Below, one piece after another: positions 46,774 through 62,383 of a stretch of DNA of 64,000 bases. How positions within the stretch are numbered: position 1 is the first letter of the stretch; each line of letters begins with the position of its first letter. Source of the DNA: Escherichia coli (GTDB lineage Bacteria > Pseudomonadota > Gammaproteobacteria > Enterobacterales > Enterobacteriaceae); the NCBI RefSeq assembly GCF_050920415.1, contig NZ_CP169309.1. One strand, given 5' to 3'. The translations under genes were made by a program, and so were the position numbers. The notes under the pieces are model-generated. The model did no database searches. It saw only the letters and a program-made list of their open reading frames with translations, and was not told where the DNA came from.

Positions 46774-48207
46774 TCAAACGAGCTGTTTACGCTGGTTTGA
46801 CGGCGGAATGGATAAAGACTCTCGGTACTTCGCAACAGTGCGGCGTGCCACCATGATACCTTGTTCTGACAGCAAAGAGGTTAACTTGCTGTCGCTTAGC
46901 GGTTTCGCTGGGTTTTCCGCCGCGATTAATTTCTTCACCAGCGCACGAATTGCCGTTGAGGAAGCTTCGCCGCCGCCCTCGGTATTGACGTGACTGGAAA
47001 AGAAATACTTCAGTTCAAAAATGCCTCGTGGACTATGCAGGTATTTTTGCGTGGTCACGCGAGATATCGTCGATTCATGCATTTCGACAGCCTGGGCGAT
47101 ATCGGCCAGTACCATCGGTTTCATATATTCTTCGCCTTGCTCAAAGAAGGCTTGCTGCTGTTCAACGATACAGCGACTCACGCGTAGTAGCGTATCGTTA
47201 CGGCTTTCCAGACTCTTGATCAACCATTTGGCATCCTGCAGATTGCTGCGGATAAACTGGCTGTCACCGTCGTTGCGCGCGTTATTGCACATCGAGGCGT
47301 AGTGCTGGTTGATTTGCAGACGCGGAATGCTGTCGCTGTTGAGTTCTACTATCCAGTGACCGTTATGCTTACGCACCAGTACATCTGGAATGACATACTC
47401 CGGTTCGCCAGTCTGGATCGACTGTCCGGGGCGTGGATCGAGCGACTGGATCAGATTGACGGCTTCTTTCAGCACATCTTCTTTCAGTCGCGTGACGCGC
47501 ATTAAGGTACGGAAGTCGTGATTGGCTAACAGATCGAGATGATCGCTAATGATCAGTCTCGCCTCTTCCAGCCACGGCGTAGTTTTATCGAATTGGGAGA
47601 GTTGGATCAGCAGGCAGTCACGCAGATCTTTCGCCGCTACGCCGACCGGATCAAACCGTTGGATCCGCTTCAGGACGGCTTCAACTTCATCGATGTCGAT
47701 TTCTTCATCGCCCATACTTTCGAGAATATCTTCCAGCGGAACAGTCAGATAACCGGTGTCATCAACGGCATCGACGATAGAGGTAGCAATAGCGCGGTCA
47801 GTGTCGGAAAACGGTGTCAGCTCGACTTGCCACATCAGGTAATCTTGCAAGGTCTGCGTTGTTTCGCCCTGATAGACCGGCAGCTCGTCGTCAATGTAGT
47901 CACCGCTGGTGCCGGAGGGTGTACCAGCGGTGTAAATGGTGTCCCAACTGGCATCGAGCGGCAGCTCTTCCGGCATCTCTTTTTGTTCGAGCGCGTCGGC
48001 GGTGTCCAGTGTTTCACTGTCTTGCGTTTCGCGGGTGTCGATTTCTTCATGAGTGTCGATTTGCTCAAGCAGCGGATTACTCTCCAGCGCCTGCTGTAGC
48101 TCCTGCTGAAGTTCCAGCGTCGACAACTGCAACAGACGAATAGCCTGTTGGAGCTGTGGCGTCATCGCCAGTTGTTGGCTAAGCCTGAGTTGCAAACCTT
48201 GCTTCAT
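46774..48207 (-). CDS. rpoN: RNA polymerase sigma-54 factor
   Basis: 477-aa ORF with Gln-rich N-terminus and C-terminal RpoN box ([10 protein letters not shown]). Confidence 0.97.
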   Translation of the reverse strand: MKQGLQLRLSQQLAMTPQLQQAIRLLQLSTLELQQELQQALESNPLLEQIDTHEEIDTRETQDSETLDTADALEQKEMPEELPLDASWDTIYTAGTPSGTSGDYIDDELPVYQGETTQTLQDYLMWQVELTPFSDTDRAIATSIVDAVDDTGYLTVPLEDILESMGDEEIDIDEVEAVLKRIQRFDPVGVAAKDLRDCLLIQLSQFDKTTPWLEEARLIISDHLDLLANHDFRTLMRVTRLKEDVLKEAVNLIQSLDPRPGQSIQTGEPEYVIPDVLVRKHNGHWIVELNSDSIPRLQINQHYASMCNNARNDGDSQFIRSNLQDAKWLIKSLESRNDTLLRVSRCIVEQQQAFFEQGEEYMKPMVLADIAQAVEMHESTISRVTTQKYLHSPRGIFELKYFFSSHVNTEGGGEASSTAIRALVKKLIAAENPAKPLSDSKLTSLLSEQGIMVARRTVAKYRESLSIPPSNQRKQLV

Positions 48208-48254
48208 GTTCAGAATCGTACTCTCCTGATAAAACGTCGCAAACTTCTACCCTA

Positions 48255-48980
48255 TCAGAGTCTGAAGTCTTCCCCAAGGTATACACGCTTAACATGTTCG
48301 TCTTGTAAGATTTCTGTAGGCGTGCCGTGGGCGATCAAATGCCCCTGACTGACGATATAAGCGCGTTCACAAACCGCCAGCGTTTCACGCACGTTATGGT
48401 CGGTGATCAGCACGCCCAGGCCGCTGTCGCGCAAGTGCTCAATGATGCGTTTGATGTCGATAACCGAGATCGGGTCAACCCCGGCAAACGGTTCATCAAG
48501 CAGAATAAATTTCGGATTCGCAGCCAGTGCTCGGGCAATTTCTACACGGCGACGTTCACCCCCGGAGAGTGACTGCCCCATGCTGTCACGCAGGTGTTCG
48601 ATGTGAAACTCTTCCATCAGCTCGTTCGCGCGGTCTTCACGTTGTTCAGCAGACAAGTCGTCACGAATTTGCAGTACCGCCATCAGGTTATCGTAAACGC
48701 TGAGGCGACGAAAAATGGAGGCTTCCTGCGGCAGATAGCCGATACCGCGGCGCGCGCGCGCATGCAGAGGCAGCAGACTGATATCGTCATCATCAATAAT
48801 GATATTGCCCGCATCGCGCGGCACAATGCCAACAACCATGTAGAAAGTGGTGGTCTTACCGGCACCGTTTGGCCCCAGCAGACCGACAATTTCCCCGGAG
48901 TTGACGGTCAGGCTGACGTCTTCTACCACGCGGCGGCCTTTATAGGCTTTTGCAAGGTTCTTTGCAGTTAATGTTGCCAT
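48255..48980 (-). CDS. lptB: LPS export ABC transporter ATP-binding protein LptB
   Basis: 241-aa ORF with Walker [13 protein letters not shown] signature LSGGERRR, Walker B ILLDEP. Confidence 0.97.
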
Positions 48981-48986
48981 AACGAA

Positions 48987-49544
48987 TTAATTACCCTTCT
49001 TCTGTGCCGGGGTCTGGCCTTTGTTGTTTTTGTCCTGCAGCTGCGACGGCACCAGAACGGTGGTTACGCGCTTGCCTTTGTCGCTGAACGCCTGCATTTT
49101 CTGCTCTTTCACCAGGTAAGTGATCTTATCACCCTTAATGTTGCTATCGACCTGCTGCAGATAAGCATTACCCGTCAGAACGACAAAATCTTTTGCCAGT
49201 TCGTAGTGCATCTGGGAAGCGTGACCTTCAACGGGTTTACCGTTGTCCTGCATCTGGTAGAACGTTGCCGGTTTACCGTAGCCGTCAATCACTTCTTTAC
49301 CTTGTTCGCCGCCCGGACGGGTAACGACCACTTTGTCGGCATTAATTTTGATGGTGCCCTGGGTGACGATGACATTACCGGTAAAGGTAACCACGTTGCC
49401 TTGCATATCAAGAGATTGCTGGTCCGATTCAATGTGGATCGGCTGATCAGTGTCTCCGGTTACGGCAAATGCCGGAATGCTGGCGGCCAGAAGTGAGCTG
49501 GCAAGCACAAGATTAAGGCTGAGTTTGTTTGTTTTGAATTTCAT
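48987..49544 (-). CDS. lptA: LPS transport periplasmic protein LptA
   Basis: 185-aa ORF from MKFKTNKLSLNLVLASSLLAASIPAFA (signal peptide); the ORF track extends to 49565. Confidence 0.95.
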   Translation of the reverse strand: MKFKTNKLSLNLVLASSLLAASIPAFAVTGDTDQPIHIESDQQSLDMQGNVVTFTGNVIVTQGTIKINADKVVVTRPGGEQGKEVIDGYGKPATFYQMQDNGKPVEGHASQMHYELAKDFVVLTGNAYLQQVDSNIKGDKITYLVKEQKMQAFSDKGKRVTTVLVPSQLQDKNNKGQTPAQKKGN

Positions 49545-50088
49545 AGGATGTTCTAACCTTTTCAATCAGCTCGGCGTTCTTGCTGCGTAAGTTGCCGCGC
49601 ATTTTCAGACCGCTGGAGTTAAATGTTGTTCCGTATAACGTGACAAGGTCTTCAGAGGTAACATCCTGCGTCACCAGATTGATCTGCGCGTTATCCGTCG
49701 TGATTCTGCGAAGTTGAGAGTCCGGCACGAGTGCGTTGACTTCAACGTGTCCATATAAATAGAGCATCCGGTCATTGGTCAGCTTGGCTTTATCTGCTTT
49801 TACGGACCATGTCGGGATTTTATCCTTATCAAACGTGGTAAGTACCGGCTGCGTAAACCACGAAACGGCCTGATCGGAATAATATTCAACGTGTTGAGCA
49901 ATCAATCGATAGCTTAGTGCCCCTTCTGGGTTATAGACGAGCGTGTCCGTATGCTCGCTTTTATAGGTGGGATCATTGTTGTTGACGACCACCTGGGCGG
50001 TATCGTCTTTTTCGGCCATATTAATGCCGATCATCACCAGAACCGCCAGTGATAGCACAATGATAACCCAACGTCTGGCTTTACTCAT
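49513..50088 (-). CDS. lptC: LPS transport protein LptC
   Basis: 191-aa ORF with N-terminal TM anchor; overlaps lptA start. Confidence 0.95.
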   Translation of the reverse strand: MSKARRWVIIVLSLAVLVMIGINMAEKDDTAQVVVNNNDPTYKSEHTDTLVYNPEGALSYRLIAQHVEYYSDQAVSWFTQPVLTTFDKDKIPTWSVKADKAKLTNDRMLYLYGHVEVNALVPDSQLRRITTDNAQINLVTQDVTSEDLVTLYGTTFNSSGLKMRGNLRSKNAELIEKVRTSYEIQNKQTQP

Positions 50089-50651
50089 ATCGATTGCCCT
50101 TTGGCTTCATCCAGTTTGCCCTGCGCCAGGAGTAATAAGTCGCAAACTTCTCGCACTGCGCCACGACCGCCAGCAATGCGCGTTACGTAATCGGCGCGCG
50201 GGAGCAACAGTGGATGCGCATCGGCCACGGCGATGCTTAAACCCACTTTTTCCATTACCGGCCAGTCAATGAGATCATCGCCGACATAAGCCACATTTTC
50301 CGGGGCAATTGCCAGTTTTTCCAGCAGATCGCTAAAGGCGATCAGTTTGTTTGACTGCCCCTGATACAAGTGAGTGATCCCCAATGTGGCACAACGATCT
50401 TCTACCAGTTTAGCCTTTCGCCCGGTAATGATAGCGACTTCAATATCAGAGGTGAGCGCACAACGAATGCCATAACCGTCACGAACGTTGAACGCTTTCA
50501 GCTCTTCGCCATTATTGCCCATATAAATCAGGCCATCTGACAGTACGCCATCGACATCGAGGATCAGCAGACGAATGTTCTCTGCTTTTGCCATAACGTC
50601 GGCGCTGACAGGGCCGTAACAGGTCGCAAGCGACGCACCTGCTTTGCTCAT
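50085..50651 (-). CDS. kdsC: KDO-8-phosphate phosphatase (HAD family)
   Basis: 188-aa ORF with HAD motif I in LLILDVDGVLSDG; 4-nt overlap with lptC. Confidence 0.95.
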   Translation of the reverse strand: MSKAGASLATCYGPVSADVMAKAENIRLLILDVDGVLSDGLIYMGNNGEELKAFNVRDGYGIRCALTSDIEVAIITGRKAKLVEDRCATLGITHLYQGQSNKLIAFSDLLEKLAIAPENVAYVGDDLIDWPVMEKVGLSIAVADAHPLLLPRADYVTRIAGGRGAVREVCDLLLLAQGKLDEAKGQSI

Positions 50652-50671
50652 TGTTGTTTATCCTTGAATCT

Positions 50672-51658
50672 TTACACTACGCCTGCACGCAGTAAATCAT
50701 GCATATGTAACACACCGAGTAAATGGTCGCCATCGGCAACCATCACGGAGGTGATATGGCGGGACTGCATTAAGTTCAGTGCCTCAACGGCCAGAATGCC
50801 AGGGCGTACACGTATTCCCCCCGGCGTCATCACATCGGCAATACTTAACTGACGAACATCCACACCCATATCGAAGACACGGCGTAAATCACCGTCGGTA
50901 AAGATGCCTTCAATCATCATATTGTCATCGCAAATGACCGTCATACCAAGATTTTTGCGGGTAACTTCCAGCAACGCGTCGCGCAGGCTGGCCGTTTTCT
51001 TAACATGCGGGATCTCATCGCCCGTATGCATAATATCGTTTACGCGCAGCAGAAGTTTACGACCCAGTGCGCCGCCGGGGTGTGAGAGCGCAAAATCTTC
51101 AGCAGTAAAGCCGCGTGCTTTTAACAGCGCGACAGCGAGCGCATCGCCCATAACCAGCGTGGCGGTCGTGCTGCTGGTCGGTGCCAGCCCTAACGGACAG
51201 GCTTCTTTCGCTACTTTAACACACAGATGCACATCTGCGGCGCGCGCCATGCTGCTCTCCGGGCGACCGGTGATGCAGATTAACGGCACGTGAAGACGCT
51301 TAAGCACTGGAATTAAGGCCGTGATTTCGCTGGATTCACCGGAGTTAGAGATAGCAATCACCACGTCCTGCGGGGTGACCATACCCAAATCACCATGAGC
51401 AGCTTCACCTGGATGGACGAAAAATGAAGGTGTACCAGTGCTGGCAAACGTTGCCGCCATTTTGCGCCCAATATGCCCCGATTTCCCCATCCCCATGACG
51501 ACAACTTTCCCTTTACACCAGAACATCTTTTCACAGGCAAGCGTGAAATTCTGATTGATGTATTGATCAAGCTCCGCCAGGCATTCACGTTCAATCGCCA
51601 GGACTTCTTTACCTGCTTGCTGAAAGTCAAAACCCGGTTGTAACTCTACGTGCGACAT
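50672..51658 (-). CDS. kdsD: D-arabinose 5-phosphate isomerase (SIS + CBS domains)
   Basis: 328-aa ORF from MSHVELQPGFDFQQAGKEVL...; the ORF track extends 7 codons upstream. Confidence 0.94.
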   Translation of the reverse strand: MSHVELQPGFDFQQAGKEVLAIERECLAELDQYINQNFTLACEKMFWCKGKVVVMGMGKSGHIGRKMAATFASTGTPSFFVHPGEAAHGDLGMVTPQDVVIAISNSGESSEITALIPVLKRLHVPLICITGRPESSMARAADVHLCVKVAKEACPLGLAPTSSTTATLVMGDALAVALLKARGFTAEDFALSHPGGALGRKLLLRVNDIMHTGDEIPHVKKTASLRDALLEVTRKNLGMTVICDDNMMIEGIFTDGDLRRVFDMGVDVRQLSIADVMTPGGIRVRPGILAVEALNLMQSRHITSVMVADGDHLLGVLHMHDLLRAGVV

Positions 51659-51671
51659 AATACGTTTCCAG

Positions 51672-52649
51672 TTATTCAACGAGTATTGGCGATAACCAGT
51701 ACAACATCGCCAGCCATACGATAAATCCGCCAGTTAATAATACCCCTACACCACGGCCCGGTTGCTGGGAGCGCCGCCAGCACAGCAACGCAAAAATAAT
51801 GCTCACCAGCAACATCACGCTGTAGTCACGACTGTACGCCAGTGGATCAATCTCTCCAGGCGTTATCAGCGCGGGTAAACCCAACACGATGACAATATTA
51901 AAAATGTTTGCGCCAATGATATTCCCGACAGCAATGTCGTTTTCACCTTTGCGAACCCCCGCGATTGCGGTTGCCAGTTCTGGCAGACTGGTTCCGATAG
52001 CGATTGCCGTCAGACCCATCGTCAACTCGCTGATGGCAAAGTAATTCGCCAGCACCGTGGCGTTATCAACCACCATCCGCGTGGCCACTGGCATGATGAT
52101 CAGCGCAATGCCGAGCCATAAAAACGCGACGGGCAATCCGCCTTCACGCGGCAGCTCTGCAAGCTGCTCTCTGGTCAGGCTGTCAGTCCCCTGACGTTCA
52201 GCCAGACGTGCAAGTTTAACAATGAACAGCAGCCATAGCACAGCCAGAAAGAGGAGAAAGATACCATCGCTGCGACTAAGTTGTCCGTCATAGAGTACGG
52301 AACCGGCCACCACACTGACCAACAACATTAAGGGTAATTCGCGGCGCAGAACATCGGAATGGACGGTAAAAGGACGTACCAGCGCAGCCAGACCGAGGAT
52401 CAGCAAAATATTGATAATGTTTGATCCGAGGGCTACACCAACGGCTAAATCGCGTTGTTCGTGCAGTGATGCGGCAAGCGAAACGATGATTTCTGGTAAC
52501 GATGTGCCAATACTGACCACCGTCATGCCGATGATCAGTGGCGGTATGCCAAAGGATCGGCAAAGAATGGACGCGGCAAATACCAGGCGGTCGGCACTGT
52601 AAACGACCAAAAGTAAACCAACAATTAACAGTGCCGTAGCTAAAAGCAT
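51672..52649 (-). CDS. yrbG: CaCA-family cation/Ca2+ exchanger-like membrane protein YrbG
   Basis: 325-aa polytopic ORF with two internal repeats (GTSLPE motifs). Confidence 0.9.
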   Translation of the reverse strand: MLLATALLIVGLLLVVYSADRLVFAASILCRSFGIPPLIIGMTVVSIGTSLPEIIVSLAASLHEQRDLAVGVALGSNIINILLILGLAALVRPFTVHSDVLRRELPLMLLVSVVAGSVLYDGQLSRSDGIFLLFLAVLWLLFIVKLARLAERQGTDSLTREQLAELPREGGLPVAFLWLGIALIIMPVATRMVVDNATVLANYFAISELTMGLTAIAIGTSLPELATAIAGVRKGENDIAVGNIIGANIFNIVIVLGLPALITPGEIDPLAYSRDYSVMLLVSIIFALLCWRRSQQPGRGVGVLLTGGFIVWLAMLYWLSPILVE

Positions 52650-52858
52650 CTAACGTCCTTTCTTCAGGTATACTCGCCGGTCCGCTGAAGATTTTCAGAA
52701 AGCCGTAACGGATTCTTAATTTTGACTTTATGCGGCTAAAAAGTAAAACAAATGCCAGCTTTCGCTAACCACGGCGGGTAATATTCTGTAAATATGTTGG
52801 GTTCAAGGTTAAATTGAGCGCCATGCTTAGAAAATCAACGCAAGACGAAGGGTGAATT

Positions 52859-54458
<1,600 letters not shown>

Positions 54459-54462
54459 GTTC

Positions 54463-55014
54463 ATGCAAACGAAAAAAAATGAAATTTGGGTGGGTATCTT
54501 TTTATTAGCAGCACTGCTGGCGGCGCTGTTTGTTTGCCTGAAGGCGGCGAACGTGACGTCCATACGTACTGAACCGACCTATACGCTTTATGCGACGTTC
54601 GATAACATTGGCGGCCTGAAAGCGCGCTCTCCGGTCAGCATTGGTGGCGTTGTTGTGGGCCGGGTGGCGGATATTACGCTGGACCCGAAAACCTATCTGC
54701 CACGCGTAACGCTGGAAATTGAACAACGTTATAACCACATTCCTGATACCAGTTCGCTGAGCATCCGTACTTCCGGCCTGCTGGGGGAACAATATCTGGC
54801 ATTAAACGTCGGTTTTGAAGACCCGGAACTGGGGACTGCTATCCTGAAGGATGGCGATACAATCCAGGACACTAAGTCTGCGATGGTGCTGGAAGATCTC
54901 ATTGGTCAGTTCCTTTACGGTAGTAAAGGCGATGACAATAAGAATAGTGGCGATGCGCCAGCTGCTGCGCCAGGTAATAATGAAACCACTGAACCTGTGG
55001 GTACAACGAAATAA
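54463..55014 (+). CDS. mlaD: MCE-domain periplasmic protein MlaD
   Basis: 183-aa ORF from MQTKKNEIWVGIFLLAALLAALFV... Confidence 0.94.
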   Translation: MQTKKNEIWVGIFLLAALLAALFVCLKAANVTSIRTEPTYTLYATFDNIGGLKARSPVSIGGVVVGRVADITLDPKTYLPRVTLEIEQRYNHIPDTSSLSIRTSGLLGEQYLALNVGFEDPELGTAILKDGDTIQDTKSAMVLEDLIGQFLYGSKGDDNKNSGDAPAAAPGNNETTEPVGTTK

Positions 55015-55667
<653 letters not shown>

Positions 55668-55668
<1 letters not shown>

Positions 55669-55961
55669 TGAGCGAGTCACTGAGCTGGATGCAGACGGGT
55701 GACACGCTGGCGTTATCCGGAGAGCTGGATCAGGACGTTCTGCTACCGCTTTGGGAAATGCGTGAGGAGGCGGTGAAGGGGATTACCTGCATCGATCTTA
55801 GCCGTGTATCCCGCGTTGATACAGGTGGACTGGCGCTGCTGCTCCATCTTATCGATCTGGCGAAAAAGCAGGGCAACAATGTGACGCTTCAGGGGGTAAA
55901 CGACAAAGTGTATACCCTGGCGAAATTGTATAATTTGCCTGCTGATGTTCTGCCTCGTTAA
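55668..55961 (+). CDS. mlaB: STAS-domain protein MlaB
   Basis: 97-aa ORF MSESLSWMQTGDTLALSGELD...; TAATG overlap with mlaC stop; the ORF track extends upstream. Confidence 0.9.
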
Positions 55962-56120
55962 ATTTTTTCAGGCCGGATAAGGCGTTAACCGCCTGTCCGG
56001 CAAACCTGCCTGCAAGTTGAGCCTTGTCTGATTTATCAGCGAGGCTTTTTGCTTATTTATGCCAGCGCAACTTTGCTCTAAGATGTTTCGCTGGTTTATT
56101 AACTGATGATTGAAGATCCC

Positions 56121-56375
56121 ATGGAAAATAATGAAATTCAGAGCGTGTTGATGAACGCTCTCTCCCTCCAGGAAGTCCACGTTTCCGGCGATGGCAGCCA
56201 CTTTCAGGTTATTGCCGTGGGTGAGTTGTTTGACGGCATGAGTCGGGTTAAAAAACAGCAGACGGTCTATGGCCCGCTGATGGAATATATTGCGGATAAC
56301 CGCATTCATGCTGTGTCGATCAAAGCGTATACCCCTGCGGAGTGGGCGCGCGATCGCAAACTGAACGGCTTTTGA
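56121..56375 (+). CDS. ibaG: BolA-family acid-stress protein IbaG
   Basis: 84-aa ORF from [16 protein letters not shown]... Confidence 0.9.
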
Positions 56376-56429
56376 GCTATGGGCGATTCGCCGGTAGCGG
56401 ATATGAATTGTTAACTGAGAACAAACTAA

Positions 56430-57689
<1,260 letters not shown>

Positions 57690-57705
57690 TCGTCCGAGAG
57701 CTGGC

Positions 57706-57723
57706 AGCCCCGTTCGCGGGGCT
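57706..57723. terminator. GC-rich stem-loop between convergent murA and sfsB (possible terminator)
   Basis: AGCCCCGTTCGCGGGGCT hairpin 16 nt after murA stop; T-run follows only after 16 nt. Confidence 0.4.
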
Positions 57724-57736
57724 ACCGCCAGACCAC

Positions 57737-58015
57737 TCATTTTTTCGGTTTAGTGTAGCTACGCATCAACTGCGTTCTGTCGATAAACTCATGGGTCTGC
57801 GGATCATGGTAGCGTGATGGCCAGATAACCCAGGGGTCAGTTCCCAGTGCTTTCGCAATAATCATCTCTCCTTTCGGCCATGGGCGCGATAATGCGTTCG
57901 CCAGCGTTGAGGAACTCAAACCATTTCTACGAGATTCCGCCGCCATTGACGTTCCTTTCTTGCGTAAACCCGCAATGATGTCAGCGGGATGCCAGTCAAT
58001 GAAATTACTTTCCAT
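57737..58015 (-). CDS. sfsB: Ner-like DNA-binding protein SfsB (Nlp)
   Basis: 92-aa ORF MESNFIDWHPADIIAGLRKKGTSMAAESRRNGLSSSTLANAL... Confidence 0.9.
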   Translation of the reverse strand: MESNFIDWHPADIIAGLRKKGTSMAAESRRNGLSSSTLANALSRPWPKGEMIIAKALGTDPWVIWPSRYHDPQTHEFIDRTQLMRSYTKPKK

Positions 58016-58243
58016 CTTTCCTCACTCCTTAAGTTAGTCGCTTTCATTCAGAACACTTCTTCTGTCGAGCATCACTATACTCCTGATGGCCTATTGCTCT
58101 AAAAAGTTCCTGTAAAGAGTGTGAATATTCAGAATATATAAAGATACATACACTGGTTTTTCAGGCGTTATTACGCTGAATAAGTGTTTTTATGGAACTT
58201 ATTGGAATCATCCCGCGCACTGCGCGGGATGAGGGGGAGGGGA

Positions 58244-59215
58244 TTAACGATCGCGTTGAACAGCGATGTGCGCGAGGCCGATGAGTGCTTCTCGCCACGG
58301 GGTGTCCGGGAGCACCTGTAACGCTGCGATGGCTTTGTCTGCTTCTTCCTCGGCACGCTGACGCGTCCATTCAAGAGAGCCACAAGCGTTCATTGCTTCC
58401 AAAACCGGTTCCAGAAGATGACGACCGTTACCCTGTTCGATGGCGGTACGGATCATCTGCGCCTGTTCAGGTGTGCCATGATGCATCGCATGCAGCAGCG
58501 GCAGCGTTGGTTTACCTTCGTTCAGATCGTCGCCGACGTTTTTACCCAACTGTTCGCCATCGGCATTGTAATCGAGCAAATCGTCGATCAACTGGAAAGC
58601 GGTGCCGAGATAACGCCCATAATCTTGCAGGCCTTTCTCCTCCTCCGGCGAACAACCTGCCAGAATCCCGGAACACTGCGCGGCAGCCTCAAACAGACGC
58701 GCGGTCTTGCTGTAGATAACGCGCATGTAGTTTTCTTCGGTGATGTCCGGGTCGTTAACGTTCATCAGTTGCAGAACTTCACCTTCTGCGATGACGTTTA
58801 CGGCTTCAGACATCACTTCCAGCACTTTGAGCGAACCGAGGCTGGTCATCATCTGGAACGCGCGGGTATAAATAAAATCGCCTACCAGCACACTGGCAGC
58901 ATTGCCAAACGCAGCGTTGGCGGTAGCTTTACCCCTGCGCATATCTGATTCATCCACTACGTCGTCGTGTAGCAGAGTCGCCGTGTGGATAAATTCGATC
59001 AGGGCTGCAATGGTGACATGCGCATTTCCCTCATAGCCAACAGCTCGTGCAGCCAGTACAGCAATCATCGGACGAATACGTTTACCGCCGCCGCTGACGA
59101 TGTAATAGCCTAACTGATTGATCAGTTGGACGTCGGAATTAAGCTGCTCGAGAATTGCCGCATTAACACCCGCCATATCTTGCGCGGTTAACTCATTGAT
59201 TTTTTCTAAATTCAT
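58244..59215 (-). CDS. ispB: Octaprenyl diphosphate synthase
   Basis: 323-aa ORF with two DDxxD motifs (LLHDDVVDESD and LIDDLLD). Confidence 0.96.
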   Translation of the reverse strand: MNLEKINELTAQDMAGVNAAILEQLNSDVQLINQLGYYIVSGGGKRIRPMIAVLAARAVGYEGNAHVTIAALIEFIHTATLLHDDVVDESDMRRGKATANAAFGNAASVLVGDFIYTRAFQMMTSLGSLKVLEVMSEAVNVIAEGEVLQLMNVNDPDITEENYMRVIYSKTARLFEAAAQCSGILAGCSPEEEKGLQDYGRYLGTAFQLIDDLLDYNADGEQLGKNVGDDLNEGKPTLPLLHAMHHGTPEQAQMIRTAIEQGNGRHLLEPVLEAMNACGSLEWTRQRAEEEADKAIAALQVLPDTPWREALIGLAHIAVQRDR

Positions 59216-59437
59216 CGCAAAAGCCGGGCTTTTCGCCCCGATTACCTTACTGTGAACAAAGGCAACTTAGGGTTTATGGTTAGGAATATAGGGTGATTGT
59301 ACTGAAAAAATGGCACAGATAAACGTTACCGTACAAGTTGTGTTTTTTTTCTTCGTGTATTGACTGTAGCACTTGTCAAAGGCGTGCGTTTTGCGTAATA
59401 TTCGCGCCCTATTGTGAATATTTATAGCGCACTCTGA

Positions 59438-60063
<626 letters not shown>

Positions 60064-60088
60064 GTTTTTCGCGTCCCGGTAACGGATG

Positions 60089-60118
60089 AAAGCCCCGCAA
60101 CACGTTGCGGGGCTTTTT
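60089..60118 (+). terminator. Intrinsic terminator of rplU-rpmA
   Basis: AAAGCCCCGCAACACGTTGCGGGGCTTTTT. Confidence 0.9.
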
Positions 60119-60189
60119 ACATTCGATAACCGGTAAAAATTCGCATCGTGCGGCGTTAACTCGCAAATGCGTTTTGTAGGGAATACGGT

Positions 60190-61155
60190 ATGAAGCAGCA
60201 GGCAGGCATTGGCATTCTTTTGGCGCTCACTACCGCAATTTGCTGGGGTGCGTTGCCAATCGCAATGAAGCAGGTGCTGGAGGTGATGGAACCTCCGACA
60301 ATCGTGTTTTACCGTTTCTTGATGGCGAGTATTGGCCTTGGTGCCATTCTTGCGGTGAAGAAGAGGTTGCCGCCATTACGCGTGTTTCGTAAGCCACGCT
60401 GGTTGATTTTGTTGGCAGTGGCGACCGCCGGGCTGTTTGGGAACTTCATCCTGTTCAGCTCATCCTTGCAATACCTGAGTCCGACCGCTTCGCAGGTGAT
60501 TGGGCAACTCTCGCCAGTTGGCATGATGGTTGCCAGCGTATTTATCCTGAAAGAGAAAATGCGCAGCACCCAGGTAGTGGGGGCATTGATGCTCCTGAGC
60601 GGCCTGGTGATGTTTTTTAACACCAGTCTGGTTGAGATATTTACAAAGCTCACCGATTACACCTGGGGAGTTATTTTTGGGGTCGGTGCGGCGACGGTTT
60701 GGGTGAGTTATGGCGTAGCGCAGAAGGTTTTATTGCGTCGGCTGGCCTCACCGCAGATCCTGTTTTTGCTGTACACTTTATGTACAATTGCGCTCTTCCC
60801 TCTGGCAAATCCTGGAGTGATAGCGCAGCTTAGCCACTGGCAGCTCGCATGTTTAATTTTTTGCGGACTGAATACATTGGTAGGATATGGCGCCCTGGCG
60901 GAAGCGATGGCTCGCTGGCAGGCAGCGCAGGTGAGCGCGATCATCACGCTCACCCCACTGTTTACGCTGTTTTTTTCAGATCTTTTATCACTGGCCTGGC
61001 CCGATTTCTTCGCCAGACCGATGTTAAACCTTTTAGGTTATCTCGGTGCGTTTGTCGTGGTTGCGGGCGCGATGTATTCCGCCATTGGTCATCGTATTTG
61101 GGGCGGATTACGTAAGCATACAACGGTGGTATCGCAACCCCGCGCAGGCGAATGA
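60190..61155 (+). CDS. yhbE: EamA/DMT-family inner membrane transporter YhbE
   Basis: 321-aa polytopic ORF; conserved position between rpmA and obgE. Confidence 0.9.
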   Translation: MKQQAGIGILLALTTAICWGALPIAMKQVLEVMEPPTIVFYRFLMASIGLGAILAVKKRLPPLRVFRKPRWLILLAVATAGLFGNFILFSSSLQYLSPTASQVIGQLSPVGMMVASVFILKEKMRSTQVVGALMLLSGLVMFFNTSLVEIFTKLTDYTWGVIFGVGAATVWVSYGVAQKVLLRRLASPQILFLLYTLCTIALFPLANPGVIAQLSHWQLACLIFCGLNTLVGYGALAEAMARWQAAQVSAIITLTPLFTLFFSDLLSLAWPDFFARPMLNLLGYLGAFVVVAGAMYSAIGHRIWGGLRKHTTVVSQPRAGE

Positions 61156-62343
<1,188 letters not shown>

Positions 62344-62349
62344 TCAGCT

Positions 62350-62374
62350 AAACCCCGGCCATGTGCCGGGGTTT
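62350..62374. terminator. Bidirectional terminator between obgE and dacB
   Basis: AAACCCCGGCCATGTGCCGGGGTTT hairpin flanked by A/T. Confidence 0.85.
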
Positions 62375-62383
62375 CTCTTTAGA